64,000 nt of DNA. Origin: Amoebophrya sp. A120 (lineage: Eukaryota; Protista; Dinoflagellata). The notes below the pieces were generated by a model that saw nothing but the letters and a program-made list of their open reading frames with translations, had not been told where the DNA came from and made no database searches. Below, piece by piece: positions 23,976 to 36,820 of the stretch. Where the stretch lies: positions 2,724,158 through 2,788,157 of the forward strand of contig CAJINV010000013.1 in NCBI GenBank assembly GCA_905178155.1, written 5' to 3'. The stretch's first letter is position 1. Every line of letters begins with the position of its first letter. The position numbers and the translations under genes were made by a program.

Positions 23976-26870
23976 TCAATATGATATGCTTGATAGAGGT
24001 GCGTGCGCATAGACGATGTGCCGGCAGATTAGATCCCACAATCCTGCTGGGCTTAAGTGCTGGCGCAGGGCCTCCTGCTCCTCTTGTTCCCAGTAGACTG
24101 TCATTTGTTGTAGTGCCTGCTGTTTGGCGTCCTCGTCAAAATGTACGCGTGCTGGAGGTAAACTTGATATTGTTTTCTCCCCGCCGCGGTCTGTATGTTG
24201 TTCATAATAGGCTATGTTCCACAACTCTTGTCCAGGCGGATGCACAACTCTTGTCCACCAGTCGAAACCGAGTTGCGACAGCATAACGCGACTTGCAGCA
24301 AACCAATCGGATCTGGGCGAAAGCCACTCAGACTTCTTTAAGGGCGCACCTCTTCCGCCTTGCTTCCGCATATATTCTGCATGCTCCACTGAGTTGGAAA
24401 TCTTGTGTTCTTTTATAGCTTGTTGTATAGCTTGTTGCTCTCTTTGATATGCAGCAGTCAAAGCTGGACTCAGGTACCCCGCTGTCCCGCCTCTGCGGTC
24501 GCCACCCCAGAACTGTAAATTGGCGTGAGTGTTGTCGGAGCACAGGGGACACGCGGGGGCGCCGCTTTCTTGTTCCTGTGCATCATAATTATTGTCGACT
24601 ATGTCAACATCTCCCAAGACCACGTCCAAGGGGCCGACGTCTCCAACGCTCTTCTCAAATCGCATAAAATCTCCTTTTTCGTCTTGCCGGAACGAAAACT
24701 CCTTTCCCCAGCGGTCTCGTCTGTTAGTGAGGCACGTCTGGCCGAAGTCCAGCAACTTCGGCTGTCCATATAAAGCCTCGTCCTTCTCGTCCAACGCAAA
24801 CCCCATGTTAACTTCTTTCAGATCAATCAGCACGTATCCAGCCGCATCTAGGTCAGCCAGAATCTTATGAAACGTTCTGACGTATTGTGTCGCCTGCGGC
24901 CACACTCCATGTTTCACTTCCTTTTCCACCATCTTCTTTCTCCGGTCTTCCGGCAATGTTCTCCTGCGTAAAAGTGTGCCCACTACACAGCCAATAGTAG
25001 ATACTTCTTATCTCCAATGAAATTGAAAGCCTTGGTGTGTGCATCTTAGAGCAGGAATAGCAATTTTTGGAATTGCTTACTTAAAGCAGGAAAACAGTGC
25101 CCACATCAATGTCGTCGCCCTTTTCATATTTTCTCCTTCGTCTTTTTTTTCTTGTGCCAGAAGTCGGGCGTAGGTCTCCGAGTCCTTTTTCCGCAATGTA
25201 ATAAGCGTTCAGCGGCCCCGAGGAAAACTGAACACTTTCCCTTCCCCTGGCCCTGGAGAAAGAAGATTTCTTGGCTGCTTTTGGAAAAAAAATTCGCTTT
25301 ACTTCCGGCTCCGGCCATATGCCTTTCTCGTTCTCTTGGGGCTGATTATAAGCCGAGCTACATTCCGGCCTTTTCGGACCCCTCTACGCCATAATTATTA
25401 GTGCGGTTCCCCTACACAATAAGCAAAACTGCTCCCGCCCCGCGGCGTGTGCAGAGCAATTTCGCAGATGCCAGAGCGCGCATATTTCGTTGTCATGTCG
25501 TGCAGCAAATAGCAACACAGCGTGTACGTGCCCTCAAATAATGAGCCCCTCCCTGCTAGTACTACTGGTCCCGATGGGCGCGACTCCAACGCTCATCGAA
25601 TTTCGAGCGTGATAATGATAATCAATGGTCCAGCGAAAAAATAAAAGTGCTACTGCAACTGCAGGTTCAGCGATCTTTATGCATTACATCAAAAAACGCA
25701 GCACGATGCTGGGCAAACGTCTCATCTCTTAGAAACAAATTTGCCTATCATGGACAAGAGGGCGAAAATTTTACGCAGGATATGTTCGTCGAGGAAAGCA
25801 GGGAAGATGTGCACTTGCTCGATAAAATAGGTGAAGCGAATTCGTTTGGTCGGTAGCATGTTGCCCAGAGCCAGAGGTTCCCGCTGATTCAGCGAACCCA
25901 AAGTAACACCAGCTGGAAGTCGCAGCACCTCATCTCTGATTCGGCGGAGCTCACTTGCTCCATTGTTTCTGATGTCTTCAATTGGCAGCTCTTCCTCTGG
26001 GGCATAAGAGACGACCACCCGCTGCAGCTTCGCAACGCCTCTTGCTGTGTCTGTATTCCCGTAGCCCAGCAGCAGGTTCATCAAAATTTCGTGCGCGTTT
26101 TCCCGTAGACAATGAAAGATGTTTCCGTTGGCCTCAGCCCCACGGGGGGGATGTGGTCTACTTCTTGCGAAAGGGCCGCATTCGATCACCTTCATGACCT
26201 GACGAACTTCTTCCGTTGCCAGACGGCCTGTCGCTAGTCGCTCTTTGACAGGATCCTCCGAGTGCAGCTCCGTCCCGTCTGCGCTACCTGTATTGCGGAG
26301 TAGTCTCAACGCCTCGAAATCTTTGTAGACGGTCGCGGTTGCGCCCGAAGAGAAACGCATAGGGTTGTATTTCACAATCTGCATCTCCACCCCCTGCGCT
26401 CCGTGGCGGGACACGTGAAATATGGTCTGACTGTTTTCCGTGCGCTGTGCTGCATCTCCGTCCGGGAACGGCAACAGATAGCTCGTCCGCTGCTGAATAC
26501 TATCCGCTGGCTCGACGTCGCGAAAAATTCCAGCATGAAGATATTTTTTAATCCATTGCCTGGCGTCTGTCTTGAAAGTGGAGGCATGTGGTTGCTGGGC
26601 GGAGCCGTGTGCGTCGGTAATTGGTGCTTTCCATCTTCGAAACTCGTCGGCATCCCGGAGAACATGTACGAAAGTTTGCGGTGCTCCTAGATAAAGCTTC
26701 CACAGATCGTCTGTCATCATGTCTAACAGCGTGTCAATTTGACCCTCGATGAGATTTGGGAACATGCTCCTGCCCTGCCGATTGTTCACTGGTGTCGAGT
26801 GGAAACTTGTACCCAGAGCACACACGTTTCTGCAGCTGAATGCATCTACAAACAAATTGCCAAGCTTCAC
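23976..26870 (-). CDS. Divergent protein kinase-like protein, split over at least two exons/ORFs
   Basis: ORF 25722-26870 has N-lobe motifs FSSGATATVYK, VMKVI, ENAHEILMN; ORF 23976-24983 has C-lobe motifs VLIDLKEVNMGF, LLDFG, GGTAGYLSP, SDWFA. Joining exons not resolved. Confidence 0.72.
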
Positions 26871-27322
26871 GACCCCGCAATGAGTTCGAAATGACCGGAA
26901 AATGCCAAAAAAAGGAAAATCATAAAAACAATATGTTTGTTTGCCTCTGGAGGGTGGGCGAGAAAATCATAAAAGCAAGAACGTAAACTTCTGCTCTGGA
27001 TACAATAACAATTCCATCGAATCGCACCATTGCTCGCCTGCACATTTCACATGTGCTGTCAGTAATTTTTTACAGCGTAAAGAAAGTGAAATAGTAAGAA
27101 ATACATTGGTAACTTTTTCATCTTATTGACCAACATAAAACAGAGGTTGGCATTCCGTACCTCCTCTAAGCGACACCTATCATGTGAAATGGGTACAAAA
27201 TTCCTTCGCGATACGGTTTCCCGGATCCGAGATCTCTTGCTCCAATCGCCTGTAACGTTTTCGATATCGATTCTTTCAGGGGACCCTACCAAGTCATGGA
27301 ATTACAATTATTTGCGAAGCCA

Positions 27323-27547
27323 AGGGAGAAGGAGTTTGCTTTATTTAAGCGTGGCCTAAACCCTGAAACCTAAACTAAACCCTTCCGGATCGACCTTGAG
27401 CAGCCGGTGAAGGCAGCGGAAGCCGTGGCATGTACGTCGAAGGAGAGACGGACGCGGCGGCAGCCATCCCGTGACGGCAGCGGCGGCGGCCTAGCTAAAC
27501 CTGGGAGAAAAAACCTGCTTGGTGCCTAGGGAGAAGGAGTTTACTTT
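27323..27547. repeat. 185-bp insertion with telomere-like repeats bracketed by a 20-bp direct repeat
   Basis: agggagaaggagtttRcttt at 27323-27342 and 27528-27547; cctaaaccctgaaacctaaactaaaccct at 27355-27383. Confidence 0.7.
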
Positions 27548-27863
27548 CAAGCATAAAGGTGTAATCTCTATCAGTGACTTGACCCGTATTGCCATGTTCA
27601 TTTTCTTTTTTCTTCGTGTATAACACACGAAGGTCGTCCGAAAGCGGAAGAGCAAAAAACTATCTATCACAAATGATGATGAAAAATAGGAGTATCCGAC
27701 GACTCCGTCCGGTACGCATCCGGGTCCGGGTCCAGCTGTGGCATTAAGATCAAATGGCAAAATGAAATGGTGCCTTTTTTTTGCATTTGCATGATTCTGA
27801 TAAAGATGTTGATGTTTGGCGTGCTTTTGCCACTGCGCAAGAAAAGACACCTACCCAGACCAG

Positions 27864-29521
27864 TCAGGCTCGGCATAATTGCTCCTTGACTGGCCCGAAC
27901 ACATGATGGAGTAGGGCGAAAGAAACTGAATCTACTTTTTGTTCACGCACAAACTCCAGAAAAGGAATACTACAGTCATACCCAAGCTGTCCCTTGATTA
28001 TGTCGTCGATCTCCCCTTTTTCTTGTAGAAGCATCTCACGATCGTACTCTCGGGACATCTCTTCGACGACCTCCGTTGCTTTGTTTAGTTGCTCTGTAGA
28101 AAGTGCGTCCAATTCTTTCCAGTGGTCTGGTGTACTCGGGTCCTGTGCGTAAACGTACCCGATTTTGTTCGTGTTCCCCTTCCCGTCATGATTGAGATAG
28201 AGCGCCATAATATAACCTTGCCCAAATGCCTCCACGTCGTTCAGTGCCCATACTAATTTCGCGTCGGGCCGCAGGCTGGACAAGGCCGCAGGCTGGACAA
28301 GGCGTCTACTTCTGTCCTGTGCAAGCCCGCTCCCGTTCTCCGTTGCCGCTTGTAGCATGGAATGCGGCGCATCCTTCTGGAGGTGATGGGACATTGAAAA
28401 GTGCGACACAGAGGCAATCTCGTCAGCGGCTTTCTCGTTTGCGGCAATCTCGTTCTTGACCGTGCGCTCGCCGAAACCAAAGCCACTCTTGTAGTTCAGG
28501 CCACCCGCAACAGCCGTCTCCCCGCCGGGCTCGCGACCTTGAGCCGCCAGATCTTTCAGTTCTTCTGCACCTTTCTCCTGGGTAAAGGCAAGGGGCTCGC
28601 TTGAAAGCAAGTTATTTTCACCCAGATGCACTGGCGTGCCCTCGCTCGCAGCCGCGGTTGCAGTGCTTGAATCGATTCTTTTCTGCTTCCCAGCAGCAGC
28701 CTGCGTTTTTGCATCATCTTCAGGACGTCGAGAGCCCGCATCCCCACCATCACCCGGAGCCGGAACGGCGTGCGGCGGCGGTCCACTGGTGTTTTCGACC
28801 GAGTCGGCTTTGCGCACTTCTTCTGGATCTAGCGGCCGCTCGTTCCGCACTACTTTCCGCGGCTGTCGCGCCAGTGCGGCCATCGAGGCGCCAATACCGT
28901 CTGTCATCAGGCTCCGCTCGACAAAAGCGGCCGCTGCATCCGCGTCGGAATTCTTCGAACCACCTCGCGAGGCGCGCCCCTGCTTTCGTTCCTTCCTTTT
29001 GCGGCGCCGACTAGATTTGCTTTTATTTCGCTTTTTATCAGGCTCTGCCGGGGCAGCTGCGCTGGCGTCGAGGCCGGAGTCCTGGGATATCCCGATGAAA
29101 ACACTTCTTCGCAAAGCAGGCGAACGTCGAGAAGTAGTATAAAAGAAGAATCTTTCAGTCTTCAGCTTCACCAACGTAGTACAACTATGGTATCATACGA
29201 AGCCCGACATGATCATGCAATTGTACCAGCAATGCTATCTAACAATATCAGTAGCAATAAAGCCGTCGCCATGCAAGTTGCAGCAGTTTTCATTGGCATA
29301 AGGTCAGCCTTGGCACTGTGTTTATTATTCGAGCCTCCGGTGGTGCCTTTCGTGCTTCTCGAACCTTTTCTTTTCCGGTGCGCGTCTGCCGCACCCACGA
29401 GGACAGTCGCCAAAGCGAGCGCGCGGCCCCGGTTTTGACACACCTTCCGCGAGCGCTGGCCTCGCAGGGCCCGAGCGGTGGCCGGGGCTGTTGACTCGTC
29501 TTGGTACTCACGGTCCGACAT
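27864..29521 (-). CDS. Hypothetical, probably secreted protein (at least 2 exons)
   Basis: ATG 29521 (MSDREYQ...RALALATVLVGAADA, hydrophobic leader) followed by the 436-codon ORF 27864-29174 with a globular-looking C-terminal part. Confidence 0.6.
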
Positions 29522-31369
29522 GATGACTTGGGTGCTTGTAGCAATTGTTTCGCGTAGTACAGCGTGTATCACTTTGGGGATGGACAACGTCACTGCTCCT
29601 GCACTGATGAAGCTACTTAGACAAGAGCTGATAAAAAAAGTCTTTTTTAAGGGGAATTGGTAAGTACTTTGTTCGTCCGTTTCCTTGATGTGAGAAAAGA
29701 GGGGGTGGTTTAGGTTTTTGTCATTCGCCGGATTTTTGGAAATAACGGGGGGGGAAAGCTCGTCAACGTTCTCTTTTTACAAAAAGTCGAAAGCGAGCTA
29801 CAACTGCGAAGAATGAAAAAGAAATTTACGCAACTGCTTCGTTTCCGACAACTGGAACTGAACAGAACATCAAGGCAGCTTGACTGAATTCAAGCTAAAA
29901 ACACTTACCTTGAAAGCCAAACAACGATACATGCAAAAAAAATCGATATCGACTTACGTTTCTGCAGTAAGCACTCAACAGAAGGTGAACGACACCGACC
30001 TCGCGGTCACGGCGGTCACGACTTCAACACAAGCTACATCCAAAAAGCCAGACAAGGATTGAAATCGAATACTTTAACCGACTTGTACACGCAGTTTGCG
30101 ACGCACGGGCACGACCGACCGACTCAACCACTGTGCTTAGATGCTGACTCTCAACCGACAACTTTTATTTTCCGTTTTTTTTTTTGACGAGAAAAAAGCG
30201 GCCTTCTCGACGGAAACGAACCAAAGCAAATGGCGCAGTGTCGCTGTGTCGAAGATAGAAGCCACCACGGACGAAATGAGGATAAAAAATAGCACGAATA
30301 GCGAACCGACGTCAAAATCAAATTTCTCACGGACGACCGAAGCTGTTTTCGTTCATTCACTTTTTGTGGTGCGAAAACCCGCACCTTTTCTGGTCGACGA
30401 TGCCGTCATGGCCCGAACAGCTGGTAGCGGTCTCAATGACACAAAATTCAAACGTCTTTCTTGACGAGCATCGACCTGCGACGACTTCATTTGCAACAAA
30501 ATGAGAAAGCGAAAGGAATATCGACAAGTAGAAAACAACCTTGAAGATACTGCACCTTCTGTGCGAAGAATCGTTTGTTATCTAAAATAAAGCAGCTAGA
30601 AACGGATAACGCCTATAATTACACAAAAATGAACGAAACATTTTTAAGTATTCGTAGGTTCCTGTTGCAGCTCTCCCATCTGGTCTTGATGGAAGAATGT
30701 ATCGAATGCGGTGCTGCGGCGCGCCGCTCACACTATGCCACCTGGTGGGGTTTTCTGTACACAGGTGCAACCGGTGTGGCGCGCTTTTCGAAATCGGTCC
30801 TCATGATGCTTCTTCGGATAGAAAATGGAGAGAAAAACATCTGAGAGTTAGAACTACCGTATCCACCGTGACGGTCATAGACCTTTTGTAGGGAACCAAC
30901 TGTGACAAGAATAAATCTTCTTTACTTACTTGCTTGCAATAAGCCTCTTTATCTTACTTAATTTCGGAAGGCTGCCACGCCAACGCATCCGCGTGACGAG
31001 CTCTCCGCGATATTGAAATACCCCTTGCTTCTTTGTCTTTGTGAATCTGAAAACCACCAACGTTCGATACCTTCGAACTTGAATATTACCCCCGCTGGAA
31101 GCCATCATCCAATCCCTTTCCGGGGCAAGATGGACAACGCATTTTTCCTTTCGCTCTATGCTATTCTTTCAAAAATTACTCCTTTGTCGAGGAGGAGAAA
31201 CCACAATCAGGGGAAGGAATTAAAATTGGTGCGAAACATGAAACGAAGTTACTCTAGTAGGTAACTTGGGGAAACAAAAAAAGAAATCTTTGATATCATT
31301 GGTGCAGTGAAGAAAAATGTCTACTATTGAAATAGATTCTCTGTGGTGCAACACCACATAAAAGTAAGT

Positions 31370-33867
31370 TCAGCACTTCTGCAGCGCTCGGTCGAGCGCT
31401 TTGATGAGGTCGTCTGCGTCCTCGATACCGCACGATACCCGGATAAAACCGTCAGTAATGCCCACCTTCAGAGAATTTCAGATTGAAAAGCGCACTCACC
31501 GTCTACTTGGGGTCCACTTCACCGTGTTCGGCGGCAGCAAAACACACAAAAGAACAACTGTAAGTGATGCTGAGTGACCTTGATGACGTTCTGCAGTACC
31601 AGGAATTATCAATTTGCAGTGCAAAAGAACCGGAAAAAACTGAAAATGCGTAAAAATTAGAGTCGGCTGATGCAAATGTAGTTGCTCTATCGCATGACAA
31701 ACCCAAACTTCATAACAAGTGCCACTTAGTGACGTTATGGCCGCAGCACACATTTGGACAAGTAGTGGGGGCGCTTTTCACCGTCATACTCGGTCCTCCT
31801 TGACCATATTGGCGTGCGTCATCACAGCGCAGGCCGTAATAATAGACTCCGTGGCACCTGCAGAAGTTTAAAAAGTTTTTTCCATGCATAATAAATCTTG
31901 GTGTGTTCGTTGTCATGTCCTCGTAGGTTACAAGAGAAAAAATACCATACTCAGCAAACTCCAAGCCAGAAAAAAGTTTCGTGCAGATCTAGTAGTACCC
32001 AGGTTCTCGCACAGACTCCATGGCCGCTCGATTTCGTTCATCAACGTGATCGGATTTCCGTAGTATACAGGTGAAAAATCAAAGTCGTCAACATGAGCCT
32101 GAACTGTTATTTTTCGGCTGCCTAAAACACAAACAACGACCAACGCAAGAATCCTGGTCAGAGTCAACAAAGTTATTTTCGAGGTCTATGAATCACAATG
32201 ATAGGATACAACATGACAAACTACAAAAAAGCGGCCCGGTGTGACAGTTTAAATGCAGAAAGATCTTCCTGCGGCTGCACGCAGAGCAACGCAAGCTCAT
32301 CTATCATCAAAACTCATTTTTCGCCCCCATAAGTCAACTTCAAACCAAAGCATCGCGCCGTGCACTCCTTCACGATGGTATTTGTCTGCGATGGCCTTTT
32401 GCGGATGCTTGGTCCCGGGGTAGCACACATTCGTCACTTTTGGATGACTTTCCAACCTGTCGTGAGAAGCAGTTTTTCGTAAAAATATAGTTGAAGTTAT
32501 TTTTCCACACGTGCACTATTTTTTTTTTTTTGATGCTGTACGCACGAGCTAACCGTGCCAAGGTCCCACAGATGAAGAGCATATAAGCGCACTGAAACTG
32601 AATCAGCACTTTGCATGGCAACGACCTTCAAATTGCCGAGACCGCGACAACATTGAAAGCAAAATATCGGTATCGTATCAGCACAATCTGTCGAAAAGAA
32701 GCATTTTTTATTACCAAGTAGCGATTTTCGTTGCGGTTTCGCTTTGTCTGCGCACCCGCAGGGACATGGATTTCATGGTCTGCAAAATCGTGAACGCGAC
32801 CTGGGGCGCCATGATGTTGCCGTGCATGTTCTGCCCCAGTTTGATCGCCTCGAACAGCTCCTGCGTTTTCGCGACCACCGCACCCCCGGTCCCGATGTTG
32901 TGTCCGTCGTAGAATTTGGTCAACGACTGCATGGTCAAATCGCAGCCCCAGTCCAGCGGCTTCAGCATCACCGGCGTCGCGAACGTCGCGTCGCAGCAGT
33001 GCAGGGCCCCGTGCTCATGGGCGATTTTGGACACCTCTTCCAAGTCGACCAATCCGAGGAGCGGGTTAGACGGCGCCTCGCTCCAAATCAGCTTGGTGTT
33101 CGGCTTCATAGCCTTGCGGATCGCGTCATTATCCCGGAAGTCGACAAAACTAAACTCGATGCCGTACTTCTCAAACTGGACCCTGCACAGGCGGTTGGTC
33201 CCACCGTAGCTGCAGTCAGTGATTACGCAGTGGTCGCCTGATGTGTTTTATTGGTGGTAACAGCCGCAGTGAGAAAAGAGCTCATGTGAACTGCTTGAAT
33301 AACGGACTTGTACGATCAAATTCAAATCGGAATGAATCTCTGTCATGGCTGCATTTCCATTTCTGTGTCCAAAACTATCCTACCTTGCGCCAAGAACGTG
33401 CTCATGACGATGGTTGTCGCTGCCATTCCTGTCCCGGTGCAGACCGCGCCCACACCGCCCTCGATCTCTGCCACTTTCGCCTCCAGCGTCGACACCGTCG
33501 GGTTGTTTGTGCGGGAGTAGCTAAAGCCCTTCGCGAGATATTTCTCGACTGACTCCTGGACAAAAGTGGTCGACTGGTACACCGGGGTGATGATGGCTCC
33601 GGACTTCTCCTCGGGGGTGATCGCCGCATGGACCAGATCCGTGTCCTGGTGCCTGCTCCCCGGCATCCAGTCGCCCGCTTTGCGAGTCGGGCGGGAGAGC
33701 GTGTGGAGGGGACGGATACTCACGTCGGAGGGGGTGCTGGTGCGGCGGAGGTGATGCAACCTGGAGCAGGAGGCTGCGGCTGCTGCGTTCGAATTTCTGC
33801 ATGAGGAAGTCGCGGTTGACCTGGCAACCGCGTTGGACGCCGCACGTTGGAGGTTTTTGGAGAGCAT
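31370..33867 (-). CDS. Cystathionine gamma-lyase/synthase family PLP enzyme (Cys/Met metabolism) with an N-terminal mitochondrial-type presequence
   Basis: GAIITPVYQSTTF, YSRTNNPT, GMAA, WSEAPSNPL, DATFATP, PLP-lysine motif QSLTKFYDGH, LESHPKVTNVCYPG, SLCENLG, GITDGFIRVSCGIEDADDLIKALDRAL; stop at 31370. Small exons between 31470 and 32330 not fully resolved. Confidence 0.92.
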
Positions 33868-34752
33868 CGTGACGTTTTTGGGTGTGAAGAGTCGACAACA
33901 GTAGAAAAGAAGGTCTACAAGGTGAGCGTTGAGTCCTGCTCAATAGACGCAGATAGGTGAGAAGACCAAATGGAAATACTGCAAACTACGACGCATCAAC
34001 GAAAACCACAGTGGGTTGTTCTACTTCTATCAGGGCGGATGAAGATTAACATTAAAGCGGATTGCGAGTGCAGATGAAGTTCTGGTAGGTTAGTGTTTTT
34101 TGTAGAAAGAGGAGTCAGGATTAGGGACGGCCTGGGTCATAGTATCGCACGACAGTCTTGTGAATTTCTAAATCTCAATCGTGTAGTGGTAGTCAAAACT
34201 TCAACTCCTAGACTGATACGCTCGGGATGTTTGCTTGAAACTGCCACAACTACACTCATGCGGAGGTGAAACTGAAACAACCCTCCTCTGAGTACGTAGT
34301 GTCGTAAAAAACCGGCTCTCTCTGCCTCTTTTCGTTGCCGCACTCACAGATGACCTCTCGAAATGTCATTGGAATCAATTCATGGCTCAGGCAACGCTTA
34401 CACGGGGGCACAAAAGTCCCAGACAAAAGAACGGCAGGAGAAGCGCCTCATTTCACAATCCTCTGCGGTCGTTATCGTCCATCGCCACTTTACAAATTAC
34501 GAGGGGCTGGCATCGAATCGCTGGTTTACGTTCAGGATGGTTTCGATAAACATTGAGATACATACCACCATAGATACCGGTCATAGTTCAAATGAATTAC
34601 TCAAATAAAAATCTGTTCTGATGCAATACCTGCAGATGCCACTGCTATAAAGGCTTTCCACCTAGCCTGCGCAGAGGCTAAAGAATTCAATTTTAAAGAG
34701 ACATCGCTCTGTGGACCTTCATCTTTATCATGACGAGTTTGGTCCATCTTCA

Positions 34753-36127
34753 TCACACCGAACTCCGGTCGCTCGTGGATCCTGATGCCGATTCTGTTCG
34801 TGGGTTTGGTGCAGTAGCCGGGTTATTCCCGGTCTGCGTATCCCCACCCCGAGGACCTACCAAACTACGGTCATAAAAATAGCGAGCTTCTGGCAAAGCG
34901 TTATTAATAGCATTTCCCTCGAGCCTATGCATTGCAAATATGTCTGGGTCTGGAATCTTGCGATGCAAGGAAGGGAATAGCGAGCAAACTGTCACGCGCT
35001 GCCAAGCATGACAAGTTTTTTCGCAGTTCTGAACTGCGTACTCCGCATGAGAAGCTGCGTTTTGGCATGAGCGGCAAGAGGAACTCTTTGCGGCCACGCA
35101 ACACAGAGTCCAGACTCATGCCAGACTAGCATGACAAACCTCGCAATCTCCCAGACCCAGACATATTTGCACTTGATAGCGCCCCACATGGGTTAACAGC
35201 CGCCCGAACTCCTGGTCCTGGGAACTCTGCGCCGGCCCGGAATTATCTTGCTGCTTTCGTTTCGATGCCTGCGACTTTTGTCCTTGATGCACCTCTTGTA
35301 TGCAGAGTAAAACAATATCAAAAAGATCCTTATCGAAGAAAGCCATACATTCTATTTACTCGTGATCAAGCAGTAGGCGCGCATGAGATGGTTTCTCATA
35401 TTTTCCTCACGAAGTGAGCACGTGTGCGAGTGTGATGATGCCCTAGCCCTTGTCGCGCATGGGATTTTTACGTATTTTCTTTTTCAAAAACGCTCAACCT
35501 CAACATGCATATCATTTCATGCAAAATTTTGATTTTCCTAGCGATGTAGATGAAGACATTCGGTATTTATATATTGTTTTCACATTTCGTACTCTTGTGT
35601 GCAGTGTTTGTCCGCTCCTTCGAAGTCGCAATACTAGTAGCAACCTCAATTTGCTGCTTGTCTTTCCCACCGGTGTTCGTGTTGGTAAACGCGGACGGAC
35701 CTGATTTAAGGTTGAAGTTGATCAATCGTGTTCATATATCACAAGCGACGACACGTCACCACGAAAGGTATCAGTTGTGCCTTTCGCCCCCTTCTCTATG
35801 TAATATGCAGCCATGAGATGAACTCAAATCACTAACTATACCCCTCTCCTCCTCCCCAACTTCGGGCGAAAATTCTTCTTCCCCGTGCTCATCCACAGTG
35901 GCGTATACGTCCGTCGCGAGCTGCTTCACCCCACCGACAGCCGCTGGAGCGGCTCCAAACTTGTTCAGAGCAAATAGCACACCGAACTTCGCAGCAGCTC
36001 GCGCGAAAAGGCGACGCTCGCGTCGGGCCGGGGAAGTTGGCATTTTCGTGTATACTGGTTTTGTAACTACGTGTACGTGTACGTTAGATATCCGGTAAAG
36101 ATACGCCTCAATTTTTACCAGCGCCAA
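34753..36127 (-). CDS. Multi-exon hypothetical protein interrupted by an introner
   Basis: Frames 35116-35346 and 34753-35097 join in phase on removing 34926-35178 plus one TSD (LTHVG-LEGNAINN); the upstream ORF 35771-36127 has a hydrophobic leader. Exon linkage is inferred. Confidence 0.45.
34926..35178. mobile_element. Introner family B (253 bp), TSD gagcc/gcgcc
   Basis: TIR tatgcattgcaaatatgtctgggtctgg / ccagacccagacatatttgcacttgata. Confidence 0.9.
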
Positions 36128-36820
36128 ATCACGGTTGCCAATTCAGATGGTGACGATTTTACGGTTTCTGTTGCTGGAAAGACCTTGCTCAGAGGCACCT
36201 CATCAAGACGAGCAGTTAACTTATACGTTTTCACTTTATCAATTGCAAAAAACGCAGAGCGTCAGGTGCGCGCACTCACCCAAGGCGCCACACCCTTTCC
36301 TAAATCGTTCCTTCACCAGGATTTGGAGGTATTCAAAATGGCAATTCTTGAAGATAATTGAAAGCAGAAAAATAAGTAGATCAACACTTTGGGCGGACAC
36401 AAAGAAGCGAAATTGTTCACGATTACTATGTACTGTGCGTCTGCTGCATCCGGTTCTGAAGCTGCTACAAACCGATCCCAGAAAATAATCCTACGACACG
36501 AAGTACGACGAAGAACGACCCTTCTACGATAGCGCACTTTAGATGTTGGGTTTCTCCGTCTGATTTCTTCTTCTTACTTGACTGACGAAAATCATATGAC
36601 AATTTCTCGCGATTCGACCACGTAAGTGCTACGATGTGAGGAAACGATAGAATCGAAGTACCGAACTGGAATCGATTAGCCGGGGCGCAAAAAATGAACT
36701 CGGCGTCCATGTAGATAGTCACGCAGCACCCAGGTGAGCTGATTCGTTCACCATCAACTACACCTTTTTTTCACGAATACAAAAGAGTAGTGCATACACT
36801 TCCACGTAGTTCCTTCTCCA

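Noticed and set aside
29880-31264. Short plus-strand ORFs considered as a decayed transposase for the introners
   Set aside because: No DDE or other transposase motif and no introner TIRs; no autonomous partner was found in this window.
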